Of a stretch of 64,000 nt of DNA, positions 29,796-38,451 are shown in pieces (position 1 is the stretch's first letter; the number at the start of each line of letters is the position of its first letter). The position numbers and the translations under genes were made by a program. The notes below the pieces were generated by a model. The model ran no database searches. It was not told the DNA's origin and saw only the letters and a list, made by a program, of their open reading frames with translations. The stretch comes from Candidatus Poribacteria bacterium (GTDB lineage Bacteria > Poribacteria > WGA-4E > PCPOR2b): NCBI GenBank assembly GCA_965208325.1, contig OZ242326.1:1-64000 (forward strand), in the 5' to 3' direction.

Positions 29796-30230
29796 TTAAT
29801 ACCGTTGAAGATTTGAATCGACTACCCTAGCCCACTCGTCGATTCCGCCAACCAAACTCTTGACGTTTTTGAATCCAAGTTGCTGCATTAGGCAAGCTGC
29901 GTCAAGACTTCGCAGCCCTCGGTGGCAGTAAACGATAATCTCCGCGTAAGGATTGAGTTCGTTCACGCCTTGCGCCAACTCCCCAATTGGAATCCGCATT
30001 GCGTCATTGAGATGGACGATTCGATATTCCCATTCCTCTCGGACATCCAACAGAACAATGGCCCTGCCTTCATCCATTAATCGTTTCAAGCGTTGCGGCG
30101 AGATAGAATATTCAGCAGGATCAAAAGGCAGGATGGCGTCGTCCGTGCTCGGTGCAGCTTTAGGCAGGTGTTTTTTCTTGACGTACGTGTTTAAAAAAGT
30201 TTTAAATGTTGATTTAATGCTCTTCAGCAT
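29796..30230 (-). CDS. Rhodanese-domain sulfurtransferase with N-terminal extension
   Basis: LLDVREEWE, YCHRGLRS, SLVGGIDEW. Confidence 0.9.
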   Translation of the reverse strand: MLKSIKSTFKTFLNTYVKKKHLPKAAPSTDDAILPFDPAEYSISPQRLKRLMDEGRAIVLLDVREEWEYRIVHLNDAMRIPIGELAQGVNELNPYAEIIVYCHRGLRSLDAACLMQQLGFKNVKSLVGGIDEWARVVDSNLQRY

Positions 30231-30465
30231 AATTTTCTCTCATTAATACCGCAATCTACGATGTTTAATGCAATCTAAATGACTAAAGCAAGAATCAAGT
30301 TCAATCTGATGTAGAATTGCGGTTTAACTATTATTGTGATTATATGGAAATCGCCCCAGATATTAATCAAAAACGCACACAAATGTCAAGGGTTTGATTA
30401 ATGAAATACCCGCGGCGTGGAATATGGAGCCGTGAGCGCCATTCCCTCCAGTCTAAATATCAGAT

Positions 30466-31656
30466 ATGAAATCCAATCGGTACAAAATTCTATATCTAGA
30501 TAATGGGGCCGGTATCGGCGGCGGGCAGCGCAGTCTACTGCTCCTGCTCAAGAAATTGGATAAGACGCGATTTACCCCAATTATTGGTTGTTTGCCGGAC
30601 AGTGCGCTCGCAGCTGAGGCGCGCGGGGCAGCGCAAAAAGTTGTACCGCTCAAGCTTCCAGAACCGCATGAAAAGGCGGATATTCACCATCGTTTCACAT
30701 TTGGCGACCTCATTGGCGATTTTAAGTATATTGCAGTGGTCATCCAACTGCTGCGGGTGATTAGAGAAAACCGCGTGAATCTCATCCATGCAAATTCCTT
30801 GGCAGCCGCTTTGATTGGCGGTGCCGCTGCGAAAATCATTGGTATACCCGTTATTATGCACAAAAGGTATGCCACATCGTATGGGCTATTAGATCGGCTG
30901 GGGGAGAAGTTAGTTGACTGTGTTATACTTGTTTCAAGAGCGACCCGTTGGAATTTCGCAGCTAAATCCAAGCAGGCGCTCATTTATAATGGTGTTGGTC
31001 TAGAGGTGCCCCAAGCTTCAACACCAGAGGTGAAAGTTGTGCGATCAGGTTTAAATCTCAGCAGCGATGACATATTGGCCGGGATAGTGACACGAATTAC
31101 ATTTGAGAAAGGCGTACATTTTTTGATTGAGGCGATGGCGAAGTTCAAAAACCGGCGCCGAATCAAACTAATTATCGCAGGAAAACCGTACTTTCGGAAG
31201 GATTTTGAATACCTTGAACGCCTTAAAGCCCAAATAGGTAAATTAGGGCTGGCGGATTCCGTGATATTCACCGGGTTTCTGACTGACACGCGTGCGATAA
31301 TGGCGCTGCTTGATATGATTCTGCTCCCGTCCATTGTTGACGAAGCTTGTCCGCGCATGATTATTGAAGCAATGGCGGCTGGTATACCTGTAATAACTAC
31401 TCCGCTTGGCGGCAGCAAAGAGTTGGTTACGCCAGACACCGGAATTTTCGTTCCGCCGGAAGATGCCAAAGCGTTAGCCGCAGCCATAACTCTGCTTGCG
31501 GATAATCGGCAACTTTCGAGGCGGATGGGAATCGCGGGGCGCGCAAGAGTGGAAAAACTATACAGTGCTGAAAAAAACACCCGATTGACTGAATTACTCT
31601 ATTCACGCTTGCTAAATCCCTCATCACCTTCGGAACAGAAGGTTAGTAGTTCATAA
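30466..31656 (+). CDS. Glycosyltransferase family 4
   Basis: GGGQRS, IHAN, IYNGV, EKG, EACPRMIIEAMAAGIPVI. Confidence 0.92.
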   Translation: MKSNRYKILYLDNGAGIGGGQRSLLLLLKKLDKTRFTPIIGCLPDSALAAEARGAAQKVVPLKLPEPHEKADIHHRFTFGDLIGDFKYIAVVIQLLRVIRENRVNLIHANSLAAALIGGAAAKIIGIPVIMHKRYATSYGLLDRLGEKLVDCVILVSRATRWNFAAKSKQALIYNGVGLEVPQASTPEVKVVRSGLNLSSDDILAGIVTRITFEKGVHFLIEAMAKFKNRRRIKLIIAGKPYFRKDFEYLERLKAQIGKLGLADSVIFTGFLTDTRAIMALLDMILLPSIVDEACPRMIIEAMAAGIPVITTPLGGSKELVTPDTGIFVPPEDAKALAAAITLLADNRQLSRRMGIAGRARVEKLYSAEKNTRLTELLYSRLLNPSSPSEQKVSSS

Positions 31657-31950
31657 CAGCGTTGACGAGCGGTCAATCTCGCATCGAAATTAATGGCTCG
31701 AAGCGTAAATGGCCGCGACCTCGTTATCAGAACAATTTATGGAATTGAAGATTTGCGGCAGCCGGTTCTATAACCTGTAGGCAGGCTTCAGCGCCTGTTT
31801 GAATCATACGTGACACAGCCATTCTTGGGCGTTTGCGTTGCTAATGACCGTTGGAACTTCTATCGCGGGGGATTTGCTATCACTTCGCTATTCGTTCAGT
31901 TGTTCCTAATCAGCCGCTTGATCCCATCCAATACGATACTTCAGCGTTGT

Positions 31951-32080
31951 GCGGGTCAAGATTCCCCGCCTACGAGTCGTGGTTTCGCACGCGGAGTAGG
32001 ATTCCCCGCCTTCGATGCGAGGTTTCGTACGCGGGGCAAGATGCCCCGCCTACGAGGCGAGTTTTTGTACGCGGGGCAAG
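31951..32080 (-). repeat. Tandem array of 40-bp units (3.25 copies), each a GTAG-type REP hairpin
   Basis: Units start at 31951, 31991, 32031 and 32071. Consensus GCGGGGCAAGATGCCCCGC-CTAC-GAG.CG.GGTTTCGTAC. Confidence 0.85.
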
Positions 32081-32227
32081 GAAGATCTCTAACGTACGGG
32101 AGTTACTATCGCCTTCGCTATTCGCTCAGTTGATTCTATTCAGTCGCTTGATCCCCGACTACGCAGGGTAGTGGCGTACTATATAATTATCGCCCGGCAG
32201 GGGCTATGGCAACTGATACGTCGATAT

Positions 32228-32252
32228 GGGCAACCACACAGGTTGCCCTTAC
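32228..32252 (-). repeat. REP-like palindrome
   Basis: GGGCAACC-ACACA-GGTTGCCC followed by TTAC. Confidence 0.55.
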
Positions 32253-32363
32253 AAAAGATGTATCCGATTTAAGGCCGGTCGCTATACACGCACCGCCCGT
32301 CTGAGGCTGTAAAAAAGGAATTTTCAAACAGGTACTTAACCTGATAGGGCATTTAATTCAGAA

Positions 32364-33023
32364 ATGCACTTCCTCGACCAACAATACCGCAATGTCCTCA
32401 TCTTTTTAGTCGTCGTGATACTCGCGGGAAGCGGATACTGGATGCTCAAGCGTTTTAACCCAACGCTATTCCTTGGCGAGCCGGACTTCGTCGTCAATGA
32501 CGAAGGCGAATCATCGTCGGGGCAACCGAATCCAATTCCAACTGGTGAATCAGGCTCATCCGCGGAGATTGTAGTCCATGTGGCGGGCGCAGTTGAGTCG
32601 CCGGGAGTTTATCGTCTTCAGGCCGGCTCACGCGTCGAAAAGGCTGTTGAGATAGCGGGCGGTGCAACCGAAAAGGCTGATATTCACAAACTAAACCTGG
32701 CTGCAAAAATCAGCGACGGCCAGCGAATCTATGTACCGGCATTGCGCCAGCTCTCGCCGCTGCCAGGCGGCGCAAACCAGTCGTTATCCGGTTCTCCCGC
32801 ATCTAATTCACCTATTTCCAATCAAGAATTGCTCATCGATCTCAATGTTGCTACACTTGAGCAATTACAAACGCTTCCGCGTATAGGGCCAGTAATGGCG
32901 CGGCGCATCATTGAATACCGAGAAACCAACGGCTCGTTTTCAAGCGTCGATGACCTCGTTAGGGTAAGAGGAATAGGAGACAAAACGCTGGAACAATTTC
33001 GACATCTTGTTGATGTCCGTTAG
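32364..33023 (+). CDS. comEA: Competence DNA-binding protein ComEA (TM + SLBB + HhH)
   Basis: VHVAGAVESPGVY, LNLAAKISDGQRIYVP, IDLNVAT, LPRIGPVMA, VRGIGDKT. Confidence 0.92.
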   Translation: MHFLDQQYRNVLIFLVVVILAGSGYWMLKRFNPTLFLGEPDFVVNDEGESSSGQPNPIPTGESGSSAEIVVHVAGAVESPGVYRLQAGSRVEKAVEIAGGATEKADIHKLNLAAKISDGQRIYVPALRQLSPLPGGANQSLSGSPASNSPISNQELLIDLNVATLEQLQTLPRIGPVMARRIIEYRETNGSFSSVDDLVRVRGIGDKTLEQFRHLVDVR

Positions 33024-33108
33024 GAAAAAAGTCAGGGAGGCAGTTGTAAGAAGGTGAGGTTTATACCCTTAGTTCCCCATCTTCTCTTAGAAGGTTAGTT
33101 AAGGTTGG

Positions 33109-33471
33109 CTATGGGTTGGATGTAGGTTCCGCAGTTTCTGCGGGCTGCGTGTCCGGTACCGCGCCGCTATCCATGGCTTCATCAATAATCTGTGTGAGGT
33201 GACGAATTGTTTCGGCGCATCGCCTCTGTTCGCCGTACATTTGTGCGGCGATATTCAGGGCTGCCATAGTTGCAACGCTGATAGTATCGTGACCTTTTTG
33301 GCGAAATTGCTGCATCATCCGATCCACGAATTCGGCAAGCGTGCGAATATCCGCTTCCGATAAATTATCAGTCTGCTTAATTGTGTATTGCGTGTTGAGA
33401 ATACTAACTTTAATTGATGAAGCAGACCGCGATGTTGTAGAAGGCGAGGAATCTGAAACTTTCATAATCAC
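33109..33471 (-). CDS. zapA: Cell division protein ZapA
   Basis: IKVSILNTQYTI, LAEFVDRMM, VATMAALNIA. Confidence 0.8.
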   Translation of the reverse strand: MIMKVSDSSPSTTSRSASSIKVSILNTQYTIKQTDNLSEADIRTLAEFVDRMMQQFRQKGHDTISVATMAALNIAAQMYGEQRRCAETIRHLTQIIDEAMDSGAVPDTQPAETAEPTSNP

Positions 33472-33489
33472 CCTGCATCTGAGAATATT

Positions 33490-34398
33490 TTACATTTGCC
33501 CCAATGCTTGCCGAAGTGTACGCCGCATTAATTCAATAGGCGGTGAAACTTGCGTCCATTTTTCAAATGCAATTGCCCCTTGGTAGAGGAGCATTCCGAG
33601 ACCGCCAATTGTATGGCAACCTTGCGTCATAGCCGCTTTCAATAAGCGGGTTTCAGGAGGAGTATAGATTATGTCGTACACGATAGATTGGGGCGTTAAC
33701 CACTCGGGCCGTATCAAGAGTGGGCGTGTTATATCCATGCTTGCCGAGGCAGTGTTGACTATTAACTGACTCATCGACACAGTGTCTGGCAATCGCGCAT
33801 CGTCAAGTCCCATCCCGCGGATATCCACGCTTGTTTTGTCTGAGAGATCTGCAGCAAGTGCAACGGCTTTTGACGTGGTGCGATTGGCGATGACAATGGA
33901 TTGCAGTTTTTCACGGGCTAGTGCAACGGCGATTGCCCGTGCTGAACCACCCGCTCCAATCACCAAAGCAGAACCGTTTCGAGGCAGCTCATGCCCGGCA
34001 TGCTTCATCCCTTTCAAAAAGCCGGAGGCATCTGTATTCTCGCCGGTAATTTTTCCTTGTTCGAATATTAATGTGTTTGCTGCACCGATGAGTGCAGCTT
34101 CTTGAGAGATTTGGTCGAGGAATGGAATTACACGCTGTTTGTATGGAACTGTCACATTCACGCCGATTATACCGCACGCCTTAAACCCTTCAAGGGCAGC
34201 ACGCAAATCTGCCGGTCGAACGTGAAATGGGACGTAAACGTAATCCAGACCGACGTCCGAAAAGGCGGCATTGTGCATCTGCGGTGAGCAACTATGCTCG
34301 ACCGGATCGCCTATAACTCCAACGATTTTGGTTTTGCCTGTGATGTGTGACGCGTAATGATCCACTCTTTTGCGTGCATTGGTTTTCCATTTACGCAC
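33490..34398 (-). CDS. aroE: Shikimate dehydrogenase; start uncertain
   Basis: GDPVEHSCSP.MHN, GVNVTVPYK, NTDASG, GAGGSARA, NRT, GLGMLLYQG. Confidence 0.93.
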   Translation of the reverse strand: MRKWKTNARKRVDHYASHITGKTKIVGVIGDPVEHSCSPQMHNAAFSDVGLDYVYVPFHVRPADLRAALEGFKACGIIGVNVTVPYKQRVIPFLDQISQEAALIGAANTLIFEQGKITGENTDASGFLKGMKHAGHELPRNGSALVIGAGGSARAIAVALAREKLQSIVIANRTTSKAVALAADLSDKTSVDIRGMGLDDARLPDTVSMSQLIVNTASASMDITRPLLIRPEWLTPQSIVYDIIYTPPETRLLKAAMTQGCHTIGGLGMLLYQGAIAFEKWTQVSPPIELMRRTLRQALGQM

Positions 34399-34560
34399 TG
34401 AAACTTTCCGCAGTAGAATAGTCCGTCCTACGATTTTAACTCATTATCTCCAGCGGTTTTCAGGTACTGTAAGCCAAGTCATTCGAAGATCCAAGGGTTC
34501 GTTTTTCCCATTTTGCACGATGCGTATGAATGCGCTTCTAACGCAAAGAAGTCATCGGAA

Positions 34561-37500
34561 TCAATTACGAATCTTCGATAACAACGCTTCAGCCTTATGT
34601 TTTGCGGTTTCCATCTTCGGGTAACGCAATTCTCGGTAGCCGCAAACGTCTTGAGGGACTTGGAGCGCACGAACGTGAGCATCGTAATCATTTGCATCTT
34701 TTGGGGCAAAGGTATCAACAACCTCAACGATATACCAATCTCGAAAAACTTTTTCCTTTGCATGCCACTGAGAAAGCCAACGTCTAAGGAACTTCATCCG
34801 TTTCATCAAATTCAGTTGCCAGTTCCGGGTGTTCATGTCCCACCTAATATCTTTGCCCATCACGGTGAAATGGGGGCGGTTAAGGTGAACATACTTAATC
34901 CTATCTCCATTTGACTCATCGACATTGTACTGCGCTTTGTCGCGTTTTAATTTATCCTTGCTAGTGAGCAGGTGAGCCACGTAAATTTCGTCTTTTATGA
35001 GCATCACCTTGTACAAGTTGTTGATTGCGGATTTGGTCGCTCGAAAACCCTCTGTACGACGATCCTTGGCATAGATATGCCGAATCTTTTCGGTGTAGCG
35101 GCGGGCGTAGTTCAGGTCTTCGAATTGAATCAGGTCGTATACCCGCAACGCCAAGCCGCGATTGGTCTTTTCATCTAATCCCATTGCTTCAACCGCTTCT
35201 TGAACCAATTTTTCATATTCACCTGCCAGGCCTTCGCCGCGCCATCTTTTCTCTAACATACCGCACTTCTGCCGAAGTAACGATTTATACCCTTGCCGCT
35301 TTGGCGCCACTGCAAAGGCATCTGCATCTATCGCAATCCGCCTTCCTATGTCAAACGCGCGTTGATTGGATGCCAAATCAGATGGTTTTGCCACCCATGT
35401 CAACGCTGATTGAATGTGGTCTAGTTCGAGTGGAAGTTGTCCACGCTGGAATGCCACGCCTAGCAGCATGATGTTTGCGTAAAGATTGTTTCCCAGTAAT
35501 CTCTCAGAAACCTCAAATAAGTTCGCCCCGAAATATGCATCAGTTTTGGTGTATGCCCGTATACTATTCTCCAAATCAGCGATTTCAAAACTATCCTTGC
35601 CGATGAGCGTGGTTACGGTATCCGTTTTCGCGGTGTTTACGATAGCGGCCGTTAAATCCGGCGCGGCGACTCGAAAAGGGGCCTTTGCATCAATTCCGCG
35701 TACAGCCTCTAAAATGTCCAATCCTAACAGGAGATCTGCCTTGCCGTACGGGATGATTGGAGAAAGCTGATTGTCGGTCTTTGAATAAGTCACATGCGCG
35801 TATACGCCGCCGTTGCGTATTGCCAAACCCTTTTTATCGCAGAACCGTACCTGATACCCTTGGGCGTATCCGGCGAGAACCAATATAGAGGAAATTGTAC
35901 CGATGCCCATACCGCCAACTCCCGCGGCGTAAACGCTCCACGTCCGATTGAAATCGCATAGTGACGGCAGCGGCATCGGTTCGACCGCCGTGGGCGCAAC
36001 GCCCATCGGCATCTTTTCTTCGTGCGTTCTCAAATCAAGGTCCGCGTCAACCAAGACTTTCGGTGGACGCTTGCGCGTCACGATAACCTCTTCAAATGAG
36101 GGACATGCCCACTTGATTCGAGCGCATGCTCCATCGGTCACACAGTTTGATGAATCAATGCCAATCTTTGGACCGTAATCAGTTTCATTGACCTTTAGAC
36201 CGGGACAACCTGTGGCTTTGGTACATTCCAGACAAAATTCGCAAACTTCCGGCGTGATATTGATGTGCTTCTCAACCTTCAAGAACCCTTTTTCTTTAAT
36301 TGTCTTGTGGTTTTCACGGCGCAAACGGCGATGATAAGTGATTCCGCACTCCTTATCCGCGATTACAATCTTAACGCCCGGATTGAGAATGGTGTCCTCA
36401 AGAAGCGCCTTGTATTTGACACGATCCTCAGGATCTGTTCGGACGATGAAGAGATTGGAACTCCCGCCTGCGAGTCCACGGGCTACCTTTTCGATGTCCT
36501 GAGCGAATGTCGGATTGCCGAGAATATCTTCCTCCCCCGCCGGCGTGGGTTGATGCCCTGTCATCGCGGTTGTCTGATTATCCAAGATAACATACGTAAT
36601 GTCTTGTCCATTCTTTATTGAATCGGAAATTGCCGACATCCCTCCGTGGAAAAAGGTGGAATCGCCCATAAAGACAATCTGCTTATTTTTAATGAACGAA
36701 TCAATTCCTGCTCCCGTACCGCCGCCCAACGCCATGGCTGATAGATTGTGCATGAGACGTGGAAAGGGTTCGTACTTTAGCATAGAATAGCAGCCGATGT
36801 CCCCATGAAAAACGAGATCTACAGGCGGCGAGGCGTGCTGTTTTTTCATGTAGTCGGCATCCATGAAGTGCTTGGTAATATCGAGAAAGACACTCGAAGA
36901 ATCGCGATGCGGACACCCCGGACAAAAAGTCGGCGTGCGCGCCGGAATTTGAACGTCATATGAATTGACTTGTTCAATTCGCTTTTCTTCACGCGAAAGC
37001 GCACCTTCAACCATGTGTATTTTCACGGGCGTACTTTCTTCCCGCCCTTGTAATCCCTTGGATGGTAAGGCGGAGTCTGTCCGCATCTTCCGCCGAAGCA
37101 GTGGAATCAACCGTTGAATCAGGATGGACGGATTGAGTCCTAGCGATTCGGGAATCCCGGGTAAATCGTTTGGGAATTGTTTGCCCCACACTTGTACATA
37201 CCTATCTATCTCGCCGCTTTGGTAGAGGCCGCCGACGATTGCTTTGATATCCTTCTCTAGAAGCGGCCGCTTCTCCTCGACGACGTAAATCTCGCGGACA
37301 CCCGCTGAAAATTGGCGCACAATCTCTGTATCAACCGGATGCGTCAAACCGAGCTTAAGGATTGGAATTTGACCTTGGATTTCCAGCTCATGCAGCGCAT
37401 GTTCGAGATATGTGTAAGCCACTCCCGACGTGATGAAACCCATCTCGTGCTGGGTTCCGTTTAGATTGTAAATCTGATTTAGATTGCGGCGGCGCGCAGT

Positions 37501-38208
37501 CTCAATCGCATTGGGAAATCGCCTTTCTAGAGTTTCAATCTCAATCCGGGCACTATCGGGCGGTAAAACTACCCGGTTATCTATATTGATATCATCTGTA
37601 TTGAGCGTCGTGGTGTCATTCGCGTTGATGTCGGGGTAGCGGTTCGGATGAAGCTGAACATTTCCCCCGCCATCCGCCTGGTTCACTGTGACTAAGTAGG
37701 CTGTGTATAGGTTTGAATTTACGGAGAGTTCAAAAGCAACACGCAGCCAATCTTTCACTTCCTGAAATGTGCTCGGTTCTACAACCGGTGTATAGAGATG
37801 GCGGGCAATAAAACGCGAATCCGCGGGTACTTGTGTACTGCTTGACGCCGGATCATCTCCGACGACGACAACAGCTCCACCCGTCGTTCCCGCTAAATTG
37901 CTAATAGCTAAGGCGTCAGACGCCACATGGAGTCCCACGCTCTTCATATAAGCGACAGCGCGGAGGTTCGCCATCTGTGATCCGTTAAGCCTCGCTACAC
38001 TGAGGGCTTCATTGTTTGCAATCTGCGCGACAATCCCGTGCTCCTTAAGTAGGTCGGCGTTCCGTCGAATGACTTCGAAAACATCGGCAAGCGGCGATCC
38101 GGGGTATCCTGTTAACAGGCTGACTCCGCTCTCTAACGCCCCTTTAATTAACAACTCACATCCTGTATAAACGTTCGAACCACTTTCCTGTATAAACCTT
38201 CTATCCAT
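34561..38208 (-). CDS. Single-chain indolepyruvate:ferredoxin oxidoreductase-like protein (alpha+beta fused, C-terminal DUF6537-like region)
   Basis: TGYPGSP, RTPTFCPGCPHR, GDIGC, GDSTFFH..N.TTAMTGHQ (TPP), CEFCLEC..C, AGVGGMG, KKGLAIRNG, KDEIYVA. Confidence 0.88.
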   Translation of the reverse strand: MDRRFIQESGSNVYTGCELLIKGALESGVSLLTGYPGSPLADVFEVIRRNADLLKEHGIVAQIANNEALSVARLNGSQMANLRAVAYMKSVGLHVASDALAISNLAGTTGGAVVVVGDDPASSSTQVPADSRFIARHLYTPVVEPSTFQEVKDWLRVAFELSVNSNLYTAYLVTVNQADGGGNVQLHPNRYPDINANDTTTLNTDDINIDNRVVLPPDSARIEIETLERRFPNAIETARRRNLNQIYNLNGTQHEMGFITSGVAYTYLEHALHELEIQGQIPILKLGLTHPVDTEIVRQFSAGVREIYVVEEKRPLLEKDIKAIVGGLYQSGEIDRYVQVWGKQFPNDLPGIPESLGLNPSILIQRLIPLLRRKMRTDSALPSKGLQGREESTPVKIHMVEGALSREEKRIEQVNSYDVQIPARTPTFCPGCPHRDSSSVFLDITKHFMDADYMKKQHASPPVDLVFHGDIGCYSMLKYEPFPRLMHNLSAMALGGGTGAGIDSFIKNKQIVFMGDSTFFHGGMSAISDSIKNGQDITYVILDNQTTAMTGHQPTPAGEEDILGNPTFAQDIEKVARGLAGGSSNLFIVRTDPEDRVKYKALLEDTILNPGVKIVIADKECGITYHRRLRRENHKTIKEKGFLKVEKHINITPEVCEFCLECTKATGCPGLKVNETDYGPKIGIDSSNCVTDGACARIKWACPSFEEVIVTRKRPPKVLVDADLDLRTHEEKMPMGVAPTAVEPMPLPSLCDFNRTWSVYAAGVGGMGIGTISSILVLAGYAQGYQVRFCDKKGLAIRNGGVYAHVTYSKTDNQLSPIIPYGKADLLLGLDILEAVRGIDAKAPFRVAAPDLTAAIVNTAKTDTVTTLIGKDSFEIADLENSIRAYTKTDAYFGANLFEVSERLLGNNLYANIMLLGVAFQRGQLPLELDHIQSALTWVAKPSDLASNQRAFDIGRRIAIDADAFAVAPKRQGYKSLLRQKCGMLEKRWRGEGLAGEYEKLVQEAVEAMGLDEKTNRGLALRVYDLIQFEDLNYARRYTEKIRHIYAKDRRTEGFRATKSAINNLYKVMLIKDEIYVAHLLTSKDKLKRDKAQYNVDESNGDRIKYVHLNRPHFTVMGKDIRWDMNTRNWQLNLMKRMKFLRRWLSQWHAKEKVFRDWYIVEVVDTFAPKDANDYDAHVRALQVPQDVCGYRELRYPKMETAKHKAEALLSKIRN

Positions 38209-38451
38209 TTTTCATTTGCCTTCTAAACATATATCTACGGGGACTGAGTCCAACCCTCCGCGTTGAAAAACACGGATGCTTCCTTGCCTGCATTTCTATT
38301 TTGAAAAGATTCTTGAGATGTAAAACCGATTACTCAGCGTCCAGAGGCGCCCAATTCAGCCATTCGTTCTGTTATATCCGCAGTTTGATAAAAACTTCCA
38401 TTTGTCAACCATGTGATTCTCAAATTAGCTGCCGATAACGGCATTTTTGAC

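Larger units (their letters stand above)
31790..32336. mobile_element. Probable degenerate MITE enclosing REP repeats
   Basis: AGCGCCTGTTTGAA (31790-31803) matches the reverse complement of TTCAAACAGGTACT (32323-32336) at 12/14 positions. The interior is non-coding and repeat-rich. Confidence 0.45.

Noticed and set aside
30984..31580. Long antisense ORFs (e.g. 30984-31580, 56925-57449, 59544-60224, 53478-54002)
   Set aside because: They are shadows of well-supported genes on the opposite strand and have no recognisable motifs.
31951..32080. CRISPR array
   Set aside because: Only ~3 units, the inter-hairpin segments are ~17-20 bp and homologous to each other, the repeats are degenerate, and there are no cas genes. 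Better explained as tandem REPs.
31810..32171. Two overlapping ~107-aa ORFs
   Set aside because: They are translations of the repeat array, with no RBS or protein-like features.
33024..33108. 6S RNA downstream of zapA, a common synteny
   Set aside because: Only ~85 bp separate zapA from the convergent comEA, too short for 6S RNA.
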